Shown here piece by piece: positions 9,012-17,093 of a stretch of 38,856 bases of DNA; the stretch's first letter is position 1, and each line of letters opens with the position of its first letter. The stretch lies in the IMG/VR virus record IMGVR_UViG_3300035433_000019, positions 1 to 38,856 of that record; one strand, 5' to 3'. The DNA is from a virus (Duplodnaviria; Caudoviricetes). The position numbers and the translations under genes were made by a program. The notes beneath the pieces were generated by a model. That model was not told where the DNA came from, ran no database searches, and worked only from the letters and a program-made list of their open reading frames with translations.

Positions 9012-9754
9012 TGCGGGGACGTTCTTACCCCGCATGCTGCGTCAGGCTTCGTGGCCTGCTTCGGGGCAGGACGGAAGAGTCCAGCCCCGATGCAGCCCGC
9101 TTGCCTTCCTTGCCTGCGTGGCAACTCCGCCCCCTCATCCTGTGCGTGCTGTTTTTGTGCGCACTCCCCGCCATCTCCCACGCCGTCACCATCCCGCCGG
9201 ATGCCCAGCGCCATCGGGCCACGCTGACCCGTGAAGCCCGGTTCCGCTTCGGCATGGATGCGCCGGTGGCCACCTTTGCCGCGCAGATCCACCAGGAGAG
9301 CGAATGGCGCGCCGGGGCGGTTTCGCCCGTGGGCGCGCAAGGGCTGGCCCAGTTCATGCCCGGCACCGCCCGCTGGCTGCCCACGGTCATGCCCGACACG
9401 GGCCAGCCCGCACCGTTCAACCCCGCGTGGGCCATCCGGGCGCTGGTGGCCTACGGCTGGTGGATCCTGCAACGGGTGCGCGCCGCCACCCCCTGCGACC
9501 GCATGGCCAAGGGGCTTGCCGGGTATAACGGCGGCCCCGGCTGGCTGACGCGCGACGAGCGCAAGGCCGCCGCGCAGGGGCTGGACCCGGACGTGTGGTG
9601 GGACAGCGTGGAAACCGTCAACGCGGGCCGCAGCCGTGCCGCCTTCCGAGAGAACAGGGGCTATCCCCGGCGCATCCTGCGGGTGCTGGAGCCGGTCTAC
9701 ATGGCGGCGGGCTGGGGCGCGGGTTCCTGCCCGGCGGAAGGGGGGCGCTCCTGA
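9008..9754 (+). CDS. lytic transglycosylase (SLT) endolysin
   Basis: QIHQESEW, SPVGAQGLAQFMPGTA, AGYNGG, ENRGYPRRI motifs; N-terminal hydrophobic signal; exact start uncertain (GTG 9008 or ATG 9011). Confidence 0.9.
   Translation: MMRGRSYPACCVRLRGLLRGRTEESSPDAARLPSLPAWQLRPLILCVLFLCALPAISHAVTIPPDAQRHRATLTREARFRFGMDAPVATFAAQIHQESEWRAGAVSPVGAQGLAQFMPGTARWLPTVMPDTGQPAPFNPAWAIRALVAYGWWILQRVRAATPCDRMAKGLAGYNGGPGWLTRDERKAAAQGLDPDVWWDSVETVNAGRSRAAFRENRGYPRRILRVLEPVYMAAGWGAGSCPAEGGRS
9011..9133 (+). repeat. palindromic interspersed element, copy 1 (in frame in endolysin 5' end)
   Basis: GCTGCGTCAGGC 9036-9047 and CCTTCCTTGCC 9104-9114, same motifs and 68-nt offset as the copy at 20929/20997. Confidence 0.7.
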
Positions 9755-10173
9755 TGTTCGACGCCATCACCGCCTTCCTTTCGCCCAAGCCCCGCCTGCT
9801 CGCGCTGGCCGCCGTGGCCGTGGCCCTGCTGGTGGCGCTGGCCGCCGTGGGGGTGCGTTGCGCCCTGGTGCAGGCCGAACTGCGCACCGAACAGGCCACG
9901 CACGCCACCACACGGGAACAGCTTGCCGCCGCCGTGACGGAGGGCAACCGCTGGGCCGCCGTGGCCCGGCAGGCCAACGCCACGGCGGACGCGCAGGCGG
10001 AATACGCCGCCGCCTGCATCGAGCGGGAACAGAAGACCGCCACGGATGCCGCCGCCCGCGCGGCCATCCTTTCCAGCGTCAAACCCCGCCCGCGCACCGA
10101 TGCGGAGCGTCAGGAGGTTGTGGACGATGCCACGCGCATGGCCGCTGCTGATCGCCTCAATCGCCCTTGGTAG
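9754..10173 (+). CDS. inner-membrane spanin (Rz-like)
   Basis: ATG 9754, N-terminal TM then Ala-rich coiled coil, follows endolysin. Confidence 0.75.
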   Translation: MFDAITAFLSPKPRLLALAAVAVALLVALAAVGVRCALVQAELRTEQATHATTREQLAAAVTEGNRWAAVARQANATADAQAEYAAACIEREQKTATDAAARAAILSSVKPRPRTDAERQEVVDDATRMAAADRLNRPW

Positions 10174-10408
10174 CGGCTGCGCGGCCCGGCCCGTGCCCGT
10201 GGTGCCCCCGGCCCCGGTGGTGGTGGGCGCAAAGCCCTGCGCCGCGCCGCCCCGGCCCGCGCTGCCGCCCGTGGACCGGGCCACGCCCTTTGACGCACCC
10301 GCCAACGTGGACGCGCTGCTGCGGCGCGACGACATCCACCGCAGCTATGCCGAAGCGCTGGAAGCCGCGCTCGCCTGTTACAAACGCCAGATTCCGGAGG
10401 GTCGATGA
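10127..10408 (+). CDS. outer-membrane lipoprotein spanin (Rz1-like)
   Basis: ATG 10127 overlapping the i-spanin 3' end in another frame; signal with lipobox LGSGC; Pro-rich. Confidence 0.75.
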   Translation: MPRAWPLLIASIALGSGCAARPVPVVPPAPVVVGAKPCAAPPRPALPPVDRATPFDAPANVDALLRRDDIHRSYAEALEAALACYKRQIPEGR

Positions 10409-10899
10409 ACCCCGCAGACATCACCAAACTCGTGCAGGCCCTGCAAGTGATCGCAGGCATCCTGCAACAGCTCGGCGTGCCGGGCCTTGTGGCCATCATG
10501 CTTGCCGGGCCTGCCGCCGTGCTGATCACCGTGCTGGTTCTCGACCATCTGCGTGGCCGCAAGCAGGCCGAGCTGCTGGAAACCTACCGCAAGGATGTGG
10601 CCGCCATGGTGGCCGCGCTACAGGCCGAGTCGGACAACCGGCGCGAAGAAGCGTCCGGCAGGCTGGAAACCTATCGGGCCGACATGCAGACCGTGCTGCG
10701 CCAACTGGGCGAGCACCAGAAGGAAACGGCCCAGTACTACCGCGACAACGTGGAACTGGTGAAGGTGTACGAGCGCATGGCCAACGACCTGACCGACGTG
10801 GTTGTCAGCAACACCCGCACCATGGAGCGCGTGGTGAACCTGATCGAAAACAACATGAGCTGTCCGGCTGCACGGCAGGCCGCACGGGGGAACAAATGA
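10405..10899 (+). CDS. membrane-anchored coiled-coil phage protein
   Basis: N-terminal TM, coiled coil, C-terminal CP motif; conserved position after lysis genes. Confidence 0.65.
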   Translation: MNPADITKLVQALQVIAGILQQLGVPGLVAIMLAGPAAVLITVLVLDHLRGRKQAELLETYRKDVAAMVAALQAESDNRREEASGRLETYRADMQTVLRQLGEHQKETAQYYRDNVELVKVYERMANDLTDVVVSNTRTMERVVNLIENNMSCPAARQAARGNK

Positions 10900-11138
10900 G
10901 CGAACGCACCCAGTACATGGGCCAGCGCGTGGAACTGCGCCAGCAGCGCCAGCGGGTGGCCCTTGATTGCGAGGCCCTGCGCGACCGGCTGCGCCTGGCG
11001 CTGCCCCTTGCGGAAGAAGTGTCCGCCATCGACCGCGAGGTGGTGGTGAACGCGGCCATGGCCCTGCACGAGCGCCTGGGCGAATTGCAGGGCATCGACC
11101 GCAAGCTGGCCATCCTCAACCGCGAACTGGGCGACTAG
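10896..11138 (+). CDS. hypothetical phage protein
   Basis: ATG 10896 overlapping previous stop (ATGA); MSERTQYMGQR..., 80 aa. Confidence 0.65.
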   Translation: MSERTQYMGQRVELRQQRQRVALDCEALRDRLRLALPLAEEVSAIDREVVVNAAMALHERLGELQGIDRKLAILNRELGD

Positions 11139-11162
11139 TCCCGAAGCGAGCAGGGAGCCACC

Positions 11163-11762
11163 ATGGGCAGGGAGCACGAACCGGAAACCGTCTGGCGCGC
11201 GCAGGAACTGTACTGCTCCGACCGCCTGACCTTCGAGGGCGTGGCGGCGTCCACCGGCGTGGCCGTCTCCACCCTGTGCCGCTGGGCCGACAGGTACGGC
11301 TGGCGCGCAAAGCGAGAGGAACTGGCACGGGCCGAAAGCGAGATCCGCGCCGACAAGGTGCTGGCCCGGTCCAAGACGCTGAAGGCCCTGCTGAACAAGC
11401 CGGATGCGCAGAACGCCTTTGCCGTGTCCGCGCTGGAAACGCTGGCCCTGAAAGAGGCGGAGGCCGCCCGGCAGGGGCAGGCCCTGCCGGATGCCGCCAC
11501 GGGCGAGCTGCCCGCCATCCGCACGCGGGCCGATGCCGTGGCCGCCGTGCGCACCGCCGTGGAGCGCCGCCTGCACATGCTGCTGGCCCGCCCGGAATCG
11601 GTGGACTTGCGCGCCCTGCAAGAGGTGCAACGATGCCTTGATTTGCTGGCCACGCTGGAACGCTCCGTCGCGCCAGACGAGGACACGGCGGAAGCCGCGC
11701 GCACGCGGGGCATCCCTGCCGACATCGCCCAAACCCTGCGCGAAGCGTTGGGGCTCAAATGA
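11163..11762 (+). CDS. putative terminase small subunit (HTH)
   Basis: AQELYC...TFEGVAASTGVAVSTLCRWADRYGW HTH; directly upstream of terL. Confidence 0.7.
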   Translation: MGREHEPETVWRAQELYCSDRLTFEGVAASTGVAVSTLCRWADRYGWRAKREELARAESEIRADKVLARSKTLKALLNKPDAQNAFAVSALETLALKEAEAARQGQALPDAATGELPAIRTRADAVAAVRTAVERRLHMLLARPESVDLRALQEVQRCLDLLATLERSVAPDEDTAEAARTRGIPADIAQTLREALGLK

Positions 11763-11771
11763 CGACGGCCC

Positions 11772-11863
11772 CCCGCACGTCCAGTGCGGGATGGCCTGTC
11801 ACTTGCCGGGAGCGCGGTCCCGGCTGCGCTCCCGCTGCGCGGTTGGCGGGCATCCTGCCCGCC
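11772..11863. repeat. cluster of three GC-rich palindromes (REP-like)
   Basis: CCCGCAC/GTGCGGG, GGGAGCGCGG/CTGCGCTCCC, GGCGGGCA/TGCCCGCC stems. Confidence 0.55.
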
Positions 11864-11891
11864 GGAACTTTCATTTTCCCGTGAGGACAGC

Positions 11892-13379
11892 ATGCCCCAC
11901 ACCGCAGACATCCTGCTGGGCTACCAGCGCGCATGGATAGACGACAAGCACCCCGTGAAGTGGTGGGAAAAGTCCCGCCGCATCGGCGCAAGCTGGGCAG
12001 AGGCGCTGGACGCCGTGCTGGCCGCATCGCTGGCGCGCGAGCACGGCGGGCAATCCACCTACTACCTCGCCTACAACATGGACATGACCGAGCAGTTCAT
12101 CAAGGACTGCGCATGGTGGGCGCGCGCCCTGAACGTGGTGGCCGGGCAGATAGAGGACGGGCTGTGCCTGCTGGGCGACCCGGACCGCGACGTGCTGGTC
12201 TACCGCATCCGCTTTGCCAGCGGGCACGAGGTGGTCACCCTGCCGTCAGAGGCGCGCAGCCTGCGCTCCAAGCAGGGGCGCGTGGTCATCGACGAGGCGG
12301 CCTTCGTGGACGACCTGGAGGAGGTGCTGAAGGCGGCCATGGCCCTGCTGATGTGGGGCGGTCAGGTGCGCGTTATCTCCACCCACAATGGCGAGGAAAA
12401 CCTGTTCAACGAGCGCATTCAGGAAATCCGGGCCGGTAAGTGGGACTATGCCCTGCACCGCACCACGCTGGACGATGCGCTGGACCACGGCCTGTACAGG
12501 GCCATTTGCCGCCAGCTCGGTACGCCGTGGTCGCCGCAGGCAGAAACCGCGTGGCGCGCGGACATCGTGCATCGGCACGGCGACAACGCGGACGAGGAAC
12601 TGTTCTGCATCCCCAAGCGTAGCGGCGGCGCATGGCTGCCCGGCGCGCTGATCGAAGGGTGCATGGCCGAACAGGCGGCGGACGTGCCGGTGCTGCGCTG
12701 GCGGCCCCCGGTGGACACCTTTGTGGATGTGCCCCTACCGCAGGCGGAGGCCATGGTGGCCGCATGGCTGGAAGAGCACGTGGCCCCGCTGCTGGCCATG
12801 CTGCCGAAGGACCGCAACCACTATGTGGGCGGCGACTTTGGCCGATCCGGCGACCTTTCGGTGTTCTGGCCACTGACGGAGCGGGTGGACCTGACCATGG
12901 CCACCCCGTTTCTGCTGGAACTGCGCGATGCCCCGTTCCGCACGCAGGAACAGATTTTGACCTACCTCGTCAACGGACTGCCCCGCTGGGGCGGCGTGTC
13001 CCTTGATGCGCGCGGCAACGGGCAGGCCCTAGCCGAATACGCCCGCCAGACGTGGGGGCCTTCCATGGTGGCCGAGGTGATGTTATCGGAGGGCTGGTAT
13101 CGTGAGCACATGCCCCGCGTGAAGGCGCGCATGGAAGACCGCACCATCGTCCTGCCCCGCGATGCGGACGTGAAGGACGATCTGCGCAGCCTGCGCATGG
13201 TGCGCGGCGTGCCCAGGGTGCCGGAAACCCGCAACCGTGGCGGCAACGGCCAGCGCCACGCGGATTCCGCCGTGGCGCTGGCGCTGGCCCTGCATACGCA
13301 GGCCACACTGGGGGCAGTGGAGCCGTGGGAAGTGGAGACGATTAAGAAGGTGATCTTTTATCGCTGCTTGGACACTTAG
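11892..13379 (+). CDS. terL: terminase large subunit (Mu gp28-like)
   Basis: LLGYQRAW, EKSRRIGASW, VVIDEAAF, ISTHNG, GGDFGRSGD, HADSAVA; start ATG 11892 after GAGG. Confidence 0.95.
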   Translation: MPHTADILLGYQRAWIDDKHPVKWWEKSRRIGASWAEALDAVLAASLAREHGGQSTYYLAYNMDMTEQFIKDCAWWARALNVVAGQIEDGLCLLGDPDRDVLVYRIRFASGHEVVTLPSEARSLRSKQGRVVIDEAAFVDDLEEVLKAAMALLMWGGQVRVISTHNGEENLFNERIQEIRAGKWDYALHRTTLDDALDHGLYRAICRQLGTPWSPQAETAWRADIVHRHGDNADEELFCIPKRSGGAWLPGALIEGCMAEQAADVPVLRWRPPVDTFVDVPLPQAEAMVAAWLEEHVAPLLAMLPKDRNHYVGGDFGRSGDLSVFWPLTERVDLTMATPFLLELRDAPFRTQEQILTYLVNGLPRWGGVSLDARGNGQALAEYARQTWGPSMVAEVMLSEGWYREHMPRVKARMEDRTIVLPRDADVKDDLRSLRMVRGVPRVPETRNRGGNGQRHADSAVALALALHTQATLGAVEPWEVETIKKVIFYRCLDT

Positions 13380-13428
13380 CCCGATGCATTTTTTCAATTC
13401 TTAGTGAACAATATTTTGAGGATATTGC

Positions 13429-14208
13429 ATGACATCGAAAGTGGATTTGACTCAAGTCGTGTCGTTTATAAGTATATTTGCAATAATACCTGCAATAATA
13501 TCATCAGGGTATAGTTATGCACTGTTGTCATGGTTTGATGTTTCAAATGTATTAGAGTTTTTCTCACTATACGACATAGCTTACTCGAATATTTATAAAG
13601 GAATTTCGAGTACGGCTCAAATATTTTTTGTTTGTATCCTTATGTATCACTTCAATTATCGGCAATCTAAAAAAACATCTACAAACTCTACAGGTGTAAT
13701 TTTTAAATTCATATGGAGTATTGGGTTTATATTTTTCGCTATAGGGATAATATTTTCTTTAAAAATGCTTATAGATGGCAATGCTAAGTCTGTTTGGTCT
13801 TTTGCAACTATACTAGTAACGGTTATATCAATTTTTATATCAATCAAAACGTTTCGGTCATGCGGAAATAATATGCATGTGCTAATTATATCGTACACAT
13901 TAATAATGTCTGCATGGTCAATATTTAAAGGGGCTCAGATGGAGGGATATGACATATTAAAAAATGACACATCTGCATATGAAATAAATTTCACAGATAA
14001 ATCTCTTGATAAGCTAAAACATGCACACATAATAATGACTGGTGATAAAAATACAGCATTATACGATAAAAACAGCAGCACTGTATTTTTTGTCAAGAAT
14101 GAATTTATAAAATACTATGAATTCAAGCCTAGTGTCCAAAAAAATAAAATAGACTCTTTTACAAGATTTGTTCAAGAATGCTACGCAGGTCTCAAGACGT
14201 TTTTTTAG
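13429..14208 (+). CDS. AT-rich multi-pass membrane protein (moron)
   Basis: 259 aa, about five hydrophobic segments then a soluble C-terminus; GAGG SD; sharp drop in GC. Confidence 0.75.
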   Translation: MTSKVDLTQVVSFISIFAIIPAIISSGYSYALLSWFDVSNVLEFFSLYDIAYSNIYKGISSTAQIFFVCILMYHFNYRQSKKTSTNSTGVIFKFIWSIGFIFFAIGIIFSLKMLIDGNAKSVWSFATILVTVISIFISIKTFRSCGNNMHVLIISYTLIMSAWSIFKGAQMEGYDILKNDTSAYEINFTDKSLDKLKHAHIIMTGDKNTALYDKNSSTVFFVKNEFIKYYEFKPSVQKNKIDSFTRFVQECYAGLKTFF

Positions 14209-14255
14209 CGCCACAATTCCTGCCACACCGCCCACCACATCCGGTATCCCCCTCC

Positions 14256-14368
14256 GCCATCGCATAGCCTCCTGTCCAAGCGACAGGAGGCTTTTTCATG
14301 CCCACCAATGACGGCCCGCGCGGCCTGTACCTGCCGGATGGCTCGTTCCGCCCGTTCGATGCCGAGGC
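14256..14368 (+). repeat. direct repeat copy 1 of portal upstream region and first codons
   Basis: 113 bp identical to 15476-15588 except one base (14312 vs 15532); looser match extends back to 14231/15451. Confidence 0.95.
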
Positions 14369-14423
14369 ATTGAATAAGGACGTTTTGTGCGCCCACAGCA
14401 ACGATGGGGCGCTGGCGCTATAA
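14298..14423 (+). pseudogene. truncated duplicate of portal 5' end
   Basis: MPTNDGPRGLYLPDGSFRPFDAEAL then diverges and stops (TAA 14421-14423). Confidence 0.8.
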
Positions 14424-15083
14424 TGACATATTGCGTTTCGGTAATTTTTTCCCTTTTGCAAGTGTCTTTTCTATTTGAGGCTTCAACGTGCTCCATTTTT
14501 CTCCAACATCAAAGTTTTTATCGGTCATGCCTATGAACGCATCAAGTTTACCCATTAATGCAGTTATGGCTTGCTCAGTGTCGTTCAACAATTCTGTGTG
14601 CATATTGTTGTCTTTGTCATATTTTACCATTTTACATATTTCTGGGTATATCTCTAGTCGCAAGACAAGCTGTATATAGTAAATATCGTCTGTTGCTTTT
14701 TTGTATTTATTGTTTAACTCGCACATGATAAAATTAAATTTAGCCTGAGACAGTATGTCGCTTTTGAATCGTTCAGAATTGAAAATTATATTTTTCGATA
14801 TTTGCTCACCAGATGCGCCTTGTAATTTTGCGGCACAAACTGTTCTCTTTGCCAAAATTGCAGACGCATAACAATCAATAGCGTATGACCTTAAACTCAG
14901 AATGTATGAATCTCTGTCTTTAAGATATGACAGTAGCGCCGTCATTGAAACAACTAGCGCTCCTGTATTTATTGACGTAACATAATTAAGAATAAAGCTA
15001 TCTCTGATGGAAAGTATGAATGGCGTTGTCAGTATGAATAATGATGAAAAAAATATAAAAATTATTTTGTTTGTTGTTTGCAT
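14418..15083 (-). CDS. AT-rich protein with two N-terminal TM segments (moron)
   Basis: 221 aa antisense ORF lying between the two repeat copies. Confidence 0.75.
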   Translation of the reverse strand: MQTTNKIIFIFFSSLFILTTPFILSIRDSFILNYVTSINTGALVVSMTALLSYLKDRDSYILSLRSYAIDCYASAILAKRTVCAAKLQGASGEQISKNIIFNSERFKSDILSQAKFNFIMCELNNKYKKATDDIYYIQLVLRLEIYPEICKMVKYDKDNNMHTELLNDTEQAITALMGKLDAFIGMTDKNFDVGEKWSTLKPQIEKTLAKGKKLPKRNMSL

Positions 15084-15475
15084 TTATTTCACTTTGCAAT
15101 GTAATTTATAACTGTTACGCATTGAAGCAATCAATAGCACACCTAGTCACCCAATATTGATATCGTTCTGCGCTGAAACCAATGATCTCAATATTCTATA
15201 TTTGCGTAGCTGTCAATGGTGACAATAAGAGGAAATTCAATTCGTTATAAACACAAAAACAATACTGCATATCTGTGATTTATTTCTACCACATTAGCCG
15301 TGCGCACAATGCATTATAAAGCACGCAACGTGCAATTCCTTAAAAGATGCTCCAATATTAACTTAATAAGCATTTTCAGTATGCTATTTTTATATTTCAG
15401 TACATATCTGCCGTGCATGTTCGTTTCTTATCGGATTTTTCTCTATATCCCCCACCACCTCCGGCACTCCCCCCA

Positions 15476-15588
15476 GCCATCGCATAGCCTCCTGTCCAAG
15501 CGACAGGAGGCTTTTTCATGCCCACCAATGAAGGCCCGCGCGGCCTGTACCTGCCGGATGGCTCGTTCCGCCCGTTCGATGCCGAGGC
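15476..15588 (+). repeat. direct repeat copy 2 (true portal 5' region)
   Basis: Matches 14256-14368 at offset 1220. Confidence 0.95.
15486..15516 (+). terminator. terminator-like hairpin containing the portal SD (also at 14266-14296)
   Basis: AGCCTCCTGTC-caagc-GACAGGAGGCT 11-bp stem followed by TTTT; ATG at 15518. Confidence 0.7.
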
Positions 15589-17092
15589 GCTGACCTCGGA
15601 ACTGGCAACCCGCCAGCGGGCCGGGGATTTCCTTTCCCTTGCCGGGGGCTACCTCGGCATTCTGCCGGACCCGGATCCGGTGCTGCGCGCCCGCAACGAC
15701 GATGTGGCCGTGCTGCACGACCTTGCCGCAGACGACCAGGTGACAACGGCCATGCTGGGCCGCAAGAACCGGGTGCTGAACCGGCGCGACTACGCGCTGG
15801 CCCCCGGCCAGCGCAAGGGCCGCGATGCGCAGCCGGACGCCGCCCAGCTGTGCGACCTGCTGACGGAAGACATGGAGCGCTGGGACATGGCCGCCGTCAT
15901 CTCCGGCGTGCTCGATGCGCCGTTCTACGGCATGACGCCGCTGGAACTGCGCTGGGAGGCGCACGGCGGCTGGTGGCGGCTGGCAGAGGTCACCCCCCGC
16001 CCGCCGGAATGGTTCGGCTACAACGACCGTAACGAGCTGGTCTGGCGCGGGGCCAACATGGCCACGGGCGAACCGTTGCCCGTGGGCAAGTTCGTGGTGG
16101 CGCGCCACCACCCCACCTATCGCAACCCCTACGGGCTGCGCCTGCTGTCGCGCTGCCTGTGGCCCGTGGCGTTCAAGAAGGGCGGCATCACCTTCTACAC
16201 CACCTTCGTGGAACGCTACGGCATGCCGTGGGCCGTGGGCGTGGCCCCGGCCAAGGCCACGCGCGAAGACAAGCGGGCCATGGCGCAAGACCTTGCCCGC
16301 ATGGTGCAGGACGCGGTGGCCGTCATCCCCTACGGGGCAGACGTGCGGCTGGAAACGGTGTCCGGGCAGGTGGGCGACCTGCACGACAGGTTCCTGCGCC
16401 GGTGGGACGCCTCCATTTCCAAGGTGCTCATGGGGCAGACCCTGACCGTGGAACTGGATGGCCGCAACGGCTCGCGCGCCGCGTCCGAAACGCACAAGGA
16501 CGTGGCCGACGACCTTGCCGAGGCAGACCGCCGTCTGGTGGAAGCCACCCTGAACGAAATCGCGTGGCTGTACGCGCAGGTGAACCGCCCGGCGGCGCTG
16601 GCCCCGGTCTTTGCCTACGACGAGCCGGAAGACCTTCAGGCGCGGGCGCAACTGGACAAGACCCTGTCCGACGTGGGCGTGGTGTGGAAGAAACCCCACT
16701 TCGAGCGGGCCTACAGCCTGGATCCGGAAGAATTCGACGTGCGTGAACCGGCGGAGGATCCGGCCCGGCCCGCGTCCTCGCAAACAGATTCCCCCCTGTT
16801 CGCGTCCGCCCCCGCCGGTGCCCGCCCGTCCGCAACCGCAGCCGCGCAGGCCACCCTTGATGACGCCATCAGGCAGCACCTTCCCGCCGCCATGGCCGCC
16901 AACGCCGCCGCCGTCACGCAACTTGAGAAGGCTCTGCACGCCGCCGAAAGCTGGGAAGACCTGCAACTGCTGCTGGCCGAACACCTTGGCGCGCACATGG
17001 GGCCGGACCAGCTGGAAGACCTGCTGGCGGAGATGATGCTGGCGTCCACGGCCTACGGGCGCGCTGCGGTGCATGATGAAGGGGACAGCTAG
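15518..17092 (+). CDS. portal protein (Mu gp29/DUF935)
   Basis: LPDPDPVLR, LDAPFYG, NPYGLRLL, FVERYGMP, ISKVLMGQTLT motifs. Confidence 0.93.
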   Translation: MPTNEGPRGLYLPDGSFRPFDAEALTSELATRQRAGDFLSLAGGYLGILPDPDPVLRARNDDVAVLHDLAADDQVTTAMLGRKNRVLNRRDYALAPGQRKGRDAQPDAAQLCDLLTEDMERWDMAAVISGVLDAPFYGMTPLELRWEAHGGWWRLAEVTPRPPEWFGYNDRNELVWRGANMATGEPLPVGKFVVARHHPTYRNPYGLRLLSRCLWPVAFKKGGITFYTTFVERYGMPWAVGVAPAKATREDKRAMAQDLARMVQDAVAVIPYGADVRLETVSGQVGDLHDRFLRRWDASISKVLMGQTLTVELDGRNGSRAASETHKDVADDLAEADRRLVEATLNEIAWLYAQVNRPAALAPVFAYDEPEDLQARAQLDKTLSDVGVVWKKPHFERAYSLDPEEFDVREPAEDPARPASSQTDSPLFASAPAGARPSATAAAQATLDDAIRQHLPAAMAANAAAVTQLEKALHAAESWEDLQLLLAEHLGAHMGPDQLEDLLAEMMLASTAYGRAAVHDEGDS

Positions 17093-17093
17093 C

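Noticed and set aside
14231-15588. CRISPR array or IS target-site duplication
   Set aside because: Only two long copies 1220 bp apart; no spacers, transposase or terminal inverted repeats
15300-15593. 97-aa + strand ORF upstream of portal
   Set aside because: Crosses the AT/GC boundary and runs out of frame into portal; no RBS; likely spurious
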